Assembly (NCBI GenBank): GCA_046597055.1
Contig: JBKJLC010000113.1
Coordinates: forward strand, 19,684 to 83,683
Length of the DNA stretch: 64,000 nt
Reading direction: 5' to 3'
Source of the DNA: Kofleriaceae bacterium
Lineage (GTDB): Bacteria > Myxococcota_A > Polyangia > Haliangiales > Haliangiaceae
Position numbers and translations under genes: made by a program. Position 1 is the first letter of the stretch. Each line of letters begins with the position of its first letter. A model generated the notes under the pieces. That model was given only the letters and a program-made list of their open reading frames with translations, made no database searches and was not told where the DNA came from. This document shows, piece by piece, positions 38,206 through 51,399 of the stretch.

Positions 38206-39171
38206 TCACGACGAGACCTCCGCGAGGTGCCGACCGATCAGCCGCGCCACCGTCAGCGGCGCTTCGAGCTGGGGCACGTGGCCGATACCCGGCAAGATGT
38301 GCAGCTGCGCGCGCGGCAGGCGCGCATGCAGTCGCCGCGCAGTGTCGGGATGAATGATGCGGTCCTGCTCGCCGTGCACGATCAGCGTCGGTTGCGCGAT
38401 CGCCTCGAGGTCCTCGGGCAGACCGTCGGCGGGGTCGGACTCGAGCCAGCCCCGGAACATGTCCTCGAGCACGGCGCGCCGCGCCGCCCGGCGGGCCGCG
38501 ACGAAGCGCTTGACCGCCTGCGGGACCCGCGGCGGCTTCTCGACCATGAGATTGACGAAGCGGTCGGGGTCGTCGCCGGTCGGGATCAAGAGGTTCTCGC
38601 CGCGGGCGAGCGCCCGGGTCAGCTCGCTCTCGGCCGGGTCGGGCGCCGCCGACGCCACCAGCGTCAGCGACGCGATCCGCGCCGGGTGGTTGCGCGCCAG
38701 CCACAGCGCGATGCCGCCGCCCAGCGAGTTGCCGCACAGGTGGACCCGGACCAGCCCGCGCGCGTCGAGCAGCCCGATCACGGTCGCGCCCATCGCGGCC
38801 GCGGTGGCGCGGGCGCGCGGGATCAGCGACGATCGGCCGTGGCCGGGCAGGTCGAGCAGCAGCAGCGGGTGCCGGCGCAGCATCGGCGACATCAGCAACC
38901 AGGTCTCCTTGTCCCCGCCGAAGCCGTGGAGCATCAGCACCGGTGTGCCCGGGCGGTCCCGCTGGTAGAGCGCGAGCTCGAGATCGGCGACGCGCGCGCG
39001 GCTCGGGACCAGCCCGGCCGCGGTCGACATCGCGCGCTCGAGCGCGCGCATCTCGAGGCCGCCGAGCTTGACCTCGAGCCGTTGCGCCCAGGCCTGCCCC
39101 GCGCGCAGCCCGGCCTGGAGCCGCAGCGCGGCGGCGGCGGTGGCGTCGGCCACCGGTCGTGCGGGCATCAT
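38206..39171 (-). CDS. Alpha/beta hydrolase (lipase/esterase)
   Basis: LHGFGG, DLPGHG, GNSLGG, HGEQDRII, GIGHVPQLE. Confidence 0.9.
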   Translation of the reverse strand: MMPARPVADATAAAALRLQAGLRAGQAWAQRLEVKLGGLEMRALERAMSTAAGLVPSRARVADLELALYQRDRPGTPVLMLHGFGGDKETWLLMSPMLRRHPLLLLDLPGHGRSSLIPRARATAAAMGATVIGLLDARGLVRVHLCGNSLGGGIALWLARNHPARIASLTLVASAAPDPAESELTRALARGENLLIPTGDDPDRFVNLMVEKPPRVPQAVKRFVAARRAARRAVLEDMFRGWLESDPADGLPEDLEAIAQPTLIVHGEQDRIIHPDTARRLHARLPRAQLHILPGIGHVPQLEAPLTVARLIGRHLAEVSS

Positions 39172-40295
39172 CGCGAGCTCCTGACTTGCGGCAGATCGGT
39201 CGGCAGGAGGGCCGGCGCCGGCGGCGCCGCCCGCGGGGTCAGCGCGCGCACGAACGCGATCAACGCCGCGCGCTCGTCGGCGGTCAGCGTCACCACCGGC
39301 AGCGCCGGATCGATCACGCTGGGATCCGCCTGCTGGCCGCGCCCGCCGGCGAGGTGCCAGTCGATCGCCGCCTCGAGCGTGGCCGCGCTGCCGTCGTGGA
39401 ACAGCGGCGCCCGGGCCGCGACCCCGCGCAGGGTCGGCGTCTTGAACGCGCCGGCCGCGGCCGGATCGACCCGGCCCCGGCCATCGTCGGGCGACGCGAT
39501 CAGGCCGAGCCGGTGGTAGCCGAGATCGGTGTAGAGCGGCGGCGCGTGACAGGTCGCGCACTGGGCCTTGCCGTTGAACAGCGCGTAGCCGAGCTCGGCG
39601 CCGGCAAGCAGGCCGTCGTCGTCGCCGCGCTCGTGGGCGTCCCACGGCGCGTCACCGCTGTACAGCGTCGCAACGTAGGCGAGCAGCGCCGCCGAGGCGG
39701 TCGCGTCGGCCGCGCGGCCGCCCGCGGTGCGCGCGAAGTGCGCCGCATAGGTCGGGCTCCCGAGCAGGCGGACCAGCCCGGTCTCGAGCGGCAGGCCGAG
39801 CTGGCTGGCCACGTGGCTGGCGAGGAAGCTGGTGCGATCGATGCTGCGGCCGTCCCAGCCCAGCTCGCCGTGCCAGGCCAGGTTGTAGAGCGTCGGGGTG
39901 TGGCGCAGGTTGGGCTTGCCGTCGGCGTTGGCGGACCGCGGGACGCCACCGGCGAAGCCGCGGGCGGGCTCGTGACAGGTCGCGCACGCGGTGGTCGCGT
40001 CGACCGCGAGGCGCGGCTCGAAGAACAGCAGCTCGCCGAGCGCGATCTCGGCGCCGGTCGGCGCCTTGTCGGCGGGCAACGGCGGCAGGCCGGCCGGCGG
40101 CAGCGGCACCGGCGGCGGCGGCGGCAGCGCGACCTGACCGGTCGCCAGCACGCGCGGCTCGACCTCGAGGGTCGCGGCGACCACGGCGGCGGAGCCCGCG
40201 GGCGGCGCCGGATCGGCCGGTCGATCTTTCTTCGCGGGACAGCCCGCGACCAGGAGGAGGGCGAGCGGCGCGGCGAACCGGCGGCGATCAAGCAT
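39168..40295 (-). CDS. Diheme cytochrome c peroxidase / MauG-family lipoprotein
   Basis: Lipobox VAGC, LGELLFFEPRL, two CATCH, WDGR, FKTPTLR, FHDG. Confidence 0.88.
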   Translation of the reverse strand: MLDRRRFAAPLALLLVAGCPAKKDRPADPAPPAGSAAVVAATLEVEPRVLATGQVALPPPPPVPLPPAGLPPLPADKAPTGAEIALGELLFFEPRLAVDATTACATCHEPARGFAGGVPRSANADGKPNLRHTPTLYNLAWHGELGWDGRSIDRTSFLASHVASQLGLPLETGLVRLLGSPTYAAHFARTAGGRAADATASAALLAYVATLYSGDAPWDAHERGDDDGLLAGAELGYALFNGKAQCATCHAPPLYTDLGYHRLGLIASPDDGRGRVDPAAAGAFKTPTLRGVAARAPLFHDGSAATLEAAIDWHLAGGRGQQADPSVIDPALPVVTLTADERAALIAFVRALTPRAAPPAPALLPTDLPQVRSSR

Positions 40296-41330
40296 GGTGG
40301 GCCGCGTACGTGGTGGGGGGAACCTCGGCGAGCACGCGCATCGCGTTGTCGCCGAGGATCTTGGCGATCACGCGCGGCGCCACGCCGCGGCGGTGCAGGG
40401 CGACCGTGAGGTTGGGCAGCGCGGCGACGTCCTCGAGCCCGACCGGCGGCACCACGAAGCCGTCGAAGTCCGAGCCGATCGCCGGCACGTCCTCGCCGGC
40501 GACCTTGATGATGTGCAGCAGGTGATCGACCACCGCCTCGACGGTGGCGCCGCCGAGGAACCGGCGGGCGAAGATGATGCCGACGCAGCCGCCGTGCTCG
40601 CCGACCGCGCGCAGCTGCGCGTCGTCGATGTTGCGCCAGTGCTCGTGGACGCCGAGCACGCCGGTGTGGGTGACCATGGCCGGCTGGGTCGACAGCTCGA
40701 GCGCCTCGAAGAAGCCCTTGCGATTGATGTGAGCGAGGTCGACCACCACGCCGCACCGGTTCATCTCGCGCACGACCTCGCGGCCGAGGTCGGTCAGGCC
40801 GCGCTCGCGGTCGGCGCCCTTGCCCTTGGCCGGCGAGCCCAGCGCGTTGGCCGAGAAGTGCAGGAGCCCGATGTAGCGCACGCCGCGGCGCGCGAAGTGC
40901 TCGACCAGCGCCGGGTCGCCCTCCAGCGCCTGGCCGCCCTCGATCCCGCCGAGCGCCGCCAGCTGCCCGCGGGCCTTGGCGGCGGCGATGTCGGCCGGGG
41001 TCAGCGCCCAGGTCAGCTGATCGGGATCCTTGGCGATCGCGCGATCGATCGCGTCGAGCTGGGTGTCGACCGAGGCCCGGCAGCCGCGCTCGGGGTAGGG
41101 CAGGGTCCAGAGCCCGAAGAACTGGGCGGCGACGCCGCCGTCGCGCAGCCGGGGCAGGTCGACGTGGCCGACATAGTTGAGCCGGCCCGACATCGGGCGC
41201 TCGTGGCGCTCGGCGAGGTCGAAGCCCATCTTGTCCATGAGCTTGGCGGTGTCGGCGTGCAGATCGGTGACGGTCGCCTCGGCGTGCAGCGCGCGGGCGT
41301 CGTCGGGCGTCATCGCCAGGCGGACCGTGG

Positions 41331-41334
<4 letters not shown>
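40288..41334 (-). CDS. Membrane dipeptidase (M19) family protein
   Basis: DLHAD, HVDLPRL, GIEG, VDLAH, THTG, RNIDD, IGSDFDG. Confidence 0.92.
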
Positions 41335-43237
<1,903 letters not shown>

Positions 43238-43241
<4 letters not shown>

Positions 43242-44365
43242 GAACGGGGGGCGTCGCGCGGGGCGTCGGTCCCGCGCGCGCGGCGGCGGAGCGCGCGCAG
43301 CCCGGCGGTCTCGAGGTGGCGGCGGACCGCGCGGAAGGCGTCGCCGCGGCCGACCTGCGCCAGGTGGCCGCCCGGGAACCAGTGGATCGCGCACTCACCC
43401 CAGTGCTGCCACAGCAGCTCGGCCTGATCCGGCGGCGTGATGCGATCGCCGCGGCCGGCGACGATCATCAGGCGGTCGCGCGACGGCAGCGGCGGACGCG
43501 TGGTCGGCGCGTGCACCGCGAACACGTCGTGGAGCAGCTCGGCCGACACGCCATCGCGCACCGCGCGCCGGTGCTCGGGGGTGGCCGCGCTGTGCCGCCA
43601 CATGAGGTCACTCATGCTGACGGCCGGGATCATCGCCACCGCGAACGCGAGCGCGGGATCGACGGTGGCCCACAGCGCGGTCGTGTACGCGCCGAGGCTC
43701 ATCCCGATGGCCCCGACCGAGGGCGCCCCGCGGCGCTCGAGGTGCGCGCGCAGCGCTCGCAGATCGTGGATCGCCTGCCCGAAGCCCTCGTTGGTGCGGA
43801 TCAGGTTGGCGCTCGGGAACAGCGCGCCCGAGCGGCCGCGGGTGCCGGGCGTGCCCGGGGCCCGGGCACCATGGAACGGCAGCTGGAACAGCACGACGTC
43901 GAAGCCGCGCTCCAGCCAGTAGCCGACCACGAACGCGCGCTCCTCGAGCCACCAGCTGCCGCCGCCCCAGCCGTGCAGACAGATCATCACCGGCCGATCG
44001 CCCTGGCCGTACTGGCGGGCGTGCACGGTGTGGTTCTCGAGCCAGCGGTGGTGCTCGACCCGGTGGTCGGTGAGGAACGGGCGGTAGCTCGACGTGAACC
44101 GCAGGTCGGTGATCGGGACCCCGAACGCGTGGCCGTCCGGCGTCGCCACCACGTCGGCCGGCGGTGGGTCTGGAAAGAACGCGCTGGGTTGCCCGAGCGT
44201 CCCGGTGCCGTAGCTGCGCGCGAGCTCGATCATGCGGGTGCGCGCGTGGCTCGCCAGATCGTCGCGGCGCGCCTCGCCCGACATCCGGCGGTTCATCACC
44301 CGGAGCACGCCGCGATCGATCGCGGAGCTGGCCCGGGTCACGGCCGAGAGAACGTCGCGCAGCAT
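43238..44365 (-). CDS. Alpha/beta hydrolase
   Basis: CLHGW, LPFHGAR, GMSLG, DRITPP, WFPGGH. Confidence 0.85.
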
Positions 44366-44423
44366 GCCCCAGGCTACAACGAACGCCGCGGCGCGGCATC
44401 GGGGCCCGTGCTATTCCCGGAGG

Positions 44424-44995
44424 GTGTCAGGTTGCCTCGGGTACGGACTCCTCGTCGTCGCGGCGCTCCTGGCCGAGGTCGCCAGCATCTTCATCGTGGG
44501 CAGCTACGTCGGTGCCCTCTGGACCATCGTCGCGCTGGCCGCCGGGATCGCGCTGGGCCTGGCGCTGCTTGCCGGCCGCGGGCTGATGACCATCACCGGC
44601 GCGATCGCCGCGCACAGCGACCGCAAGTCGGTCGCGCCGGTCGTGGTCCAGGGCGCGATCACGGCGTTCGCCGGCGTCCTGCTGGTCTTCCCCGGATTTG
44701 CGTCGGATATCGTCGGGTTGCTCCTGATGATCCCGCAGGTGCGCGCCGGGGTCCGCGACCAGCTGGTCGCGCGGTTCGAGGCCAAGCTGGCCCCGTTGCC
44801 CGGCGGGATCGACGGGCCCCGCGCCGGGGGCGGGGCGTTCATCGATACCACCGCCACCGAGGTGCCCGAGGTCCCCGAGTTCAGCGAGCGGCTCGCGGCG
44901 GGCAGCGAGGGCCCGGATGGCCCCGCCGGCCCCGCCGGCATCGATGGCCGCGATGGCGATGAATCGGGCTCCCCTCGGACCGGTCGAACCCCGTC

Positions 44996-44999
<4 letters not shown>
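44424..44999 (+). CDS. fxsA: FxsA family membrane protein
   Basis: LAEV..VGSYVGALWT, AGVLLVFPGFASDIVGLLLMIP. Start approximate. Confidence 0.8.
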
Positions 45000-46210
<1,211 letters not shown>

Positions 46211-46423
46211 CCCGAGCGAAGCGACTCTGATCTGACCCTCCGGCTCGGTCGCCTACACCTGGCACCGGCCCGATCGCCTGGCGCCTGACTGCGGTCGGGT
46301 CGAAGCCATCGTGTGGAGTTTCAGCTGCCTCGGTCCGTTCGATCCCGGGCCGTAGCGAAACCGCACACCCGGGATGAACCTCTGGGCCCTTCTCGGACAC
46401 TGATCGGTCGAGGTGCTCGTCGT

Positions 46424-47074
46424 ATGATCGTGCTCGTGGGCCGGAAGAGCGGCAGCAGCGAACCCGCCCCGGCGCTCGCCGAGGTCGACGAGCCCGAGCT
46501 GATCCGCCGGTGCAAGGCTGGCGAGCGGCCGGCCCAGGACGAGCTCTACAACCGGTTCCGTCGCCCGGTCACCGCCAACCTCTACCGCGTGCTCGGTGAT
46601 CGCGGCGAGCTCGAGGATCTGGTCCAGGAGGTCTTCGTCATCGCCTTCCGCGGCCTGGCCACCTTCCGGCACGAGGCCCGGCTGTCGACCTGGCTCTATC
46701 GCATCTGCGTCAACGTCGCCCTCGGCAAGATCCGCGCGCGCACCCGCCGGCCGCCGCCGATCGCGGTCGCCGATCTCGAGCTGGCCGCGCACGACGCCAC
46801 CCTCACCGATCGGCCGGAGTCGCCCGAGCGCGCGCTCGAGCGGCGCCAGGATCAAGAGCGGGTGTATCGCTTGCTCGATCAGCTGGCGCCCAAGAAGCGG
46901 ATCGTTCTGTACCTGCACGAGATCGAGGGCCGTGATCTGAAGGAGATCGCCTACCTGGTCGACTCGAACCCGGTGACGGTCCGGACCCGCCTGTTCTACG
47001 CGCGCCGCGAGTTCTACGCCGCCCTGGCCGCCGAGGACGTCACGCTCGCCGCGCGCGAGGGAGGTCCGCCATGA
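46424..47074 (+). CDS. ECF RNA polymerase sigma factor
   Basis: EDLVQEVF, TWLYRICVN, EIA..TVRTRLFYAR. Confidence 0.92.
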   Translation: MIVLVGRKSGSSEPAPALAEVDEPELIRRCKAGERPAQDELYNRFRRPVTANLYRVLGDRGELEDLVQEVFVIAFRGLATFRHEARLSTWLYRICVNVALGKIRARTRRPPPIAVADLELAAHDATLTDRPESPERALERRQDQERVYRLLDQLAPKKRIVLYLHEIEGRDLKEIAYLVDSNPVTVRTRLFYARREFYAALAAEDVTLAAREGGPP

Positions 47075-48585
47075 GCCACCTCGTGCCGCACCGGCTCGGG
47101 GCCCTGGCCGCCGGCCGCATCACCGGCCGCGCCGCCGGCCGCATGCGCGTGCACCTCGATGGCTGCGACCCGTGCCGCGCTGCGTGGGACCGCATCCGCG
47201 GCGCGCGGGCCGGGTTCGGCGAGCTGGCCGGCGCGAGCGGGCCGGACCTGCGGTGGGATCGCATGCGCGCCCAGATCTACTGGTCGATCGGCAGCGGCGC
47301 GCATCCGGTGGCGACCGCGCGTCGGCGCGGCTGGCTGCTGGGACCCGTCATGGTCGCCGCGGCGGCGGCCGCGCTGGTGTGGCTGGCGCCGTGGCGCGAC
47401 CCCGCGCCCACGGGTCCGCTCGCGACCGCCCCGGCCGCGGCACCCGACCGCGCGGCCGTGGTGGCGCCGATCGCGGTCGAGCTGGTGCCGGCCCCGGTGC
47501 TGGCGCTGCCGACCCTGGTCGAGGGCGACGTCACCGTGCGTCCGGCCGGCGCGACGACCGACCTCATCGATCCGGCGGAGATCGGCGCCTCGCCGCTCGG
47601 CACCGGCGCGCGCCTCACCACCGCGAACGGCCGCGCCGCGCTGCAGCTCGGGGTCGCCTCGACCTTGACCCTGGCGCCGCGGTCGAGCCTGGTGCTGCGC
47701 CGCTTCGACGTCGCCGGCATCGAGCTGGTCGTCGAGGGCCAGATCGACATCGAGGTGGCCCGTCGCGCTGAAGGCCAGCGCTTCGTGGTCGTCGCCGGTG
47801 GCCGCACCATCGAGGTCCGTGGCACCGCGTTCCGCGTCAGCCACCGCGACGGGCAGGTGGCGGTCGCGTGCGAGCACGGTCGGGTCGCCGTGACCGATGG
47901 CGCCTCGACCCTCGAGCTCGGCGCTGGCCAGGCGGTCGAGGTGTCCGATGGCGACTCGCTGCTCGGGCGCGCGGCCCGGCCGCTGTCGGGCGCCGAGCTG
48001 TCGGCGCTGCTCGCGGCGCGGCCGCCGGCGCTGCCGATGTGGACCGATCCGGTCACCGTGCTGCGGACCACCGCGCCGCTGTCGGTGGTGGCGCCGCGCC
48101 TGCGCGCGGTCCGGGTCGACGGGGTCGTGGTCGGCGCCGGTCCGATGTGGATGCGGGTCCCGGCCGGCCGTCACCTGGTCGAGGCCGAGCACGCGCCAGG
48201 GCGGTTCGGCGCCGGCCGCTGGATCGAGGTCGGCACCGCCGCCACCAGCCCGCTGATCCTGACCGCCGAGCCGCCGGCGAGCCCCAGCGTGCCGGGGCCC
48301 CGCAGCTCCGGCGCCGGTCGTACCGTCCGTCGCGCCGAGCTGCGCCGCGCGCTCGACCAGGGTCGCATCGGCACCTGCGTGCGGGCGCTGGCCAAGCAGG
48401 GTGTCATCGCTGGCACCCACATCGAGTTCGAGATCGGCGTCGACGGCGACGGCGCGCTGCGCTTCCTCAACATCGCCGACACCGACCTGCCGTCGCGGGT
48501 CGCCGACTGTGTCCGTGATGCGGTCGCGGCCACCCGCCTCGGACCCGGGCCGGCGGCGTCGTGGCGCCACCGGCTCAGCTTCTAG
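47071..48585 (+). CDS. Anti-sigma factor: zinc-finger, TM, FecR domain, C-terminal TonB/AgmX-like domain
   Basis: HLDGCDPC, TM helix, VRGTAFRV..EHGRVAV, terminal C..IEFEIG..DCV. Confidence 0.82.
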   Translation: MSHLVPHRLGALAAGRITGRAAGRMRVHLDGCDPCRAAWDRIRGARAGFGELAGASGPDLRWDRMRAQIYWSIGSGAHPVATARRRGWLLGPVMVAAAAAALVWLAPWRDPAPTGPLATAPAAAPDRAAVVAPIAVELVPAPVLALPTLVEGDVTVRPAGATTDLIDPAEIGASPLGTGARLTTANGRAALQLGVASTLTLAPRSSLVLRRFDVAGIELVVEGQIDIEVARRAEGQRFVVVAGGRTIEVRGTAFRVSHRDGQVAVACEHGRVAVTDGASTLELGAGQAVEVSDGDSLLGRAARPLSGAELSALLAARPPALPMWTDPVTVLRTTAPLSVVAPRLRAVRVDGVVVGAGPMWMRVPAGRHLVEAEHAPGRFGAGRWIEVGTAATSPLILTAEPPASPSVPGPRSSGAGRTVRRAELRRALDQGRIGTCVRALAKQGVIAGTHIEFEIGVDGDGALRFLNIADTDLPSRVADCVRDAVAATRLGPGPAASWRHRLSF

Positions 48586-48680
48586 CAGGCGGCCGGCGAC
48601 CCGGGCGGTGGCGGGCTCCGCGGGCGACGCAGGCGCGCCGGGAGATGGCCCCGCGCCGACGGTCGCGGGTATCGTGGGCC

Positions 48681-49316
48681 ATGGATCTCCGGTCGATCGC
48701 GCTCGCTGTCTCGGTCCTCGCTGCCTGCTCGTCGAAGAAGGCGGCCCCGGAGGGCGGCGCGCCGCCGCGTGATGCGCCGGCGGCGGTCGCCCTCGACGCC
48801 GGGGCCTCGCCGACGTCGATCACGATCTTCAACCGGCGTCAGTCGCCGGTCTGGGTGATGAGCCAGACCGCGTGCGCGCAGTGGCCGGTCCGGATCGAGG
48901 CGCCCGACGGCAGCGCGGTCCGGGTCGATGGCCAGGGAGTCGGCTGCGCGACCGCGCGCGCGGGCAGCTGCCCGACGTTGGGCTCGTGCCAGGGCCCCGG
49001 GGTCTTCCGGGTCGAGCCGGGCGAGCGGTTCGCGATCCCGTGGGACGGGCTGGCGATGGTCGGGCGCGAGCTGGCCGCGGGCGAGGCCGGGCCCGGCTGT
49101 CCGACCGCGTGCCTCGATCAAGTGCCGGTCGCGGCCGGCACCTACAAGCTGACCGCGCAGGCCTGGGGCACCTGCACCGGCGAGTGCGCGTGCCCGGTCG
49201 CCGCACCGGCCAAGGCGTGCGCGAAGCCGGCCGGCCTCACCGGCGAGCCCGAGCTGACCGCGACCACGTCGCTGCTGATGCCGGGGACCGCCGGGATCAC
49301 CGTCGTCTTCGAGTGA
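48681..49316 (+). CDS. Cys-rich lipoprotein
   Basis: Lipobox LAAC, many Cys, PGERFAIPWDG, AGTYKL. Confidence 0.75.
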   Translation: MDLRSIALAVSVLAACSSKKAAPEGGAPPRDAPAAVALDAGASPTSITIFNRRQSPVWVMSQTACAQWPVRIEAPDGSAVRVDGQGVGCATARAGSCPTLGSCQGPGVFRVEPGERFAIPWDGLAMVGRELAAGEAGPGCPTACLDQVPVAAGTYKLTAQAWGTCTGECACPVAAPAKACAKPAGLTGEPELTATTSLLMPGTAGITVVFE

Positions 49317-49329
49317 CCCGCGGCTCGGG

Positions 49330-51231
49330 TCAGGATAGCCGCGCGGCGAGCCGGTCAGCGGCGCGGGTCGCCAGCGCCATGATCGTCAGCTGCGGGTTGA
49401 CGCCGAGCGAGCTCGGCACCGACGCGCCGTCGATGACGTACAGGCCCGGGGTGTCGTGGACCTGGTGGTCGGCATCGACCACGCTCGAGCGCGGATCCGG
49501 GCCCATCCGGGCGGTGCCGAGCGGGTGGTATGCCGACAACGACAGATCCCGCGCGGCGATCCGCGCGTCGCGCAGGCGGGCGAGGTCGGCCTCGCCGCGC
49601 AGCTCGTCGAACCCGTGCACCGGCGGCAGCACCACCCGCGCGCCGGCCGCGAAGTAGACCCGCGCCAGGATGTCGATCCCGCGCTTGATCCGGGCCAGGT
49701 CGGCGTCGTTGAGGTTGTAGGTCACCACGGTGCGACCGCGGACCCGGCGGACCCGCCCGCGCGAGGTGTCGGCGACCATGAAGCCGAAGCTGGCGATGCG
49801 GTCGTAGCCCTCGGCCAGCTCGATCAGGCGGGGCCCGACCTGGGGCATCAGCGCGGCGGTGAGCTCGAGCGGCGTCGCGACCCCCTCGAACATCAGGCCC
49901 TGGTCGGCGAACTCTTCGATCGCGTAGCCCTGCGGCACGCCTTGCCACGCCGCGACCCGCTCGTTCATCTCGGCGAACACGCCGCACGCCGGGTGGATCG
50001 AGAGGTTGGCGCCGAGCTGGCCCGAGCGGCCGGCCAGCCGGTTGCGCATGAGCAGGATCGGCGTGACCAGCGTGCCGCACGCGACCACCACCGATCGCGC
50101 GCGCACGGTCAGGGTCCGTCCCGACGCGGTGCGGGCGACCACGCCGACCGCGCGGCCGTCCTCGATCACGATCCGCTCGGCCTTGACCCCGGGGTACAGC
50201 TCGGCGCCGGCCTTGAGCGCCATCGGCACGTACGACACGTTGGTCGAGCGCTTGGCGTCGGTCGGACATCCGAAGCAGCACACGCCCTGGCCGTCGCAGG
50301 CGGGCGCGTTGCGGCGCAGCGGCAGGTGGCGATACCCGAGCTGCTCGGCGCCGCGCGCGACCACCCGCGCGCAGCCGCCGAGGATCGCGGTCGGGGTCGG
50401 CGCGACCCCGAGGATCGCCTCGACCCGCTCGAAGTACGGCGCCATGTGATCGACGGTCATCTCGTTGAGGCCGAGGTCGTCGCGCCAGTGCGCGAGCACC
50501 CGCGCCGGCACCTGGTAGCAGGTCCCGGAGTTGATCGTGGTGGTGCCGCCGACGGTCTGGCCCAGCGGGATCGGGATGACGACGTTGCCGACCGAGAAGG
50601 TCGCGCCGCCGTTGCGGTACATGCGCTGCTGGCGAGCGAACGCGGGCCCGGCGAAGTCGCGCCGCTCGAAGTACGCGCCCTCCTCGAGCATCGCGACCGC
50701 GACCCCGGCCTCGGCCAGCTCCTTGGCGACCACCGCGCCGCCGGCCCCGGTGCCGATCACCACGACATCGACCTCGATCGCGCGGTCGGCGTCGACCTGG
50801 GCGCCGCTGTGGACCCGCTCGCGGAACCACGCCGGCTTCGGCTCGGCGACCGCGAGCTCGGTCTGGTAGACGCAGCCGAGCTGCTGGTAGAACGCCGGGT
50901 CGTCGAAGTGGGCGACCTTGATCGGGGCCACCAGCGCCCGGAGCGCGTTGCGGCGCGCGACGTCGCCGGTGCGCCAGCGATCGAGCAGCCCCAGCCGCGC
51001 CCGGACGGGCAGCGAGGTGAGGCGACGGCCGTGGTGCAGCACGGCCAGGACTTCGAAGGTGCGGATCAGCCCGCGGTAGGCGGTGCGGGCCGGGGCGGGC
51101 AGGCCACCGATGAACTGCTCGACCCGCGCCACCGCGGCCGGCCCGGCACCGGGGAAGACCGCGCCCGCGGGCAGCGCGGCTTCCGCGATCGCGACCAGCG
51201 CAGCCCGCTCGCGCTCGCTGAAGAGGTGCAT
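49330..51231 (-). CDS. GMC family oxidoreductase with N-terminal gluconate-DH-subunit-like domain
   Basis: IGTGAGG, VGGTTTINSG, CDGQGVCCFGCP, HPLGTARMG, GVNPQLTIMA. Confidence 0.92.
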   Translation of the reverse strand: MHLFSERERAALVAIAEAALPAGAVFPGAGPAAVARVEQFIGGLPAPARTAYRGLIRTFEVLAVLHHGRRLTSLPVRARLGLLDRWRTGDVARRNALRALVAPIKVAHFDDPAFYQQLGCVYQTELAVAEPKPAWFRERVHSGAQVDADRAIEVDVVVIGTGAGGAVVAKELAEAGVAVAMLEEGAYFERRDFAGPAFARQQRMYRNGGATFSVGNVVIPIPLGQTVGGTTTINSGTCYQVPARVLAHWRDDLGLNEMTVDHMAPYFERVEAILGVAPTPTAILGGCARVVARGAEQLGYRHLPLRRNAPACDGQGVCCFGCPTDAKRSTNVSYVPMALKAGAELYPGVKAERIVIEDGRAVGVVARTASGRTLTVRARSVVVACGTLVTPILLMRNRLAGRSGQLGANLSIHPACGVFAEMNERVAAWQGVPQGYAIEEFADQGLMFEGVATPLELTAALMPQVGPRLIELAEGYDRIASFGFMVADTSRGRVRRVRGRTVVTYNLNDADLARIKRGIDILARVYFAAGARVVLPPVHGFDELRGEADLARLRDARIAARDLSLSAYHPLGTARMGPDPRSSVVDADHQVHDTPGLYVIDGASVPSSLGVNPQLTIMALATRAADRLAARLS

Positions 51232-51399
51232 TCCCGCAGGGTAGAGCCTGTGGTCGAATGGTTCAACAAGCTGAAACCGGCTCGCCGCTCAGAGGGTGTG
51301 ACTCTATCGAATCCCACCCTCCCTTTCGATCGGTCGGCCGCGGGCCAGAGCCCGCGCCCGATCTGTACGGAACCAGAAGCGCCTCGCCTTCGGCTCCGC

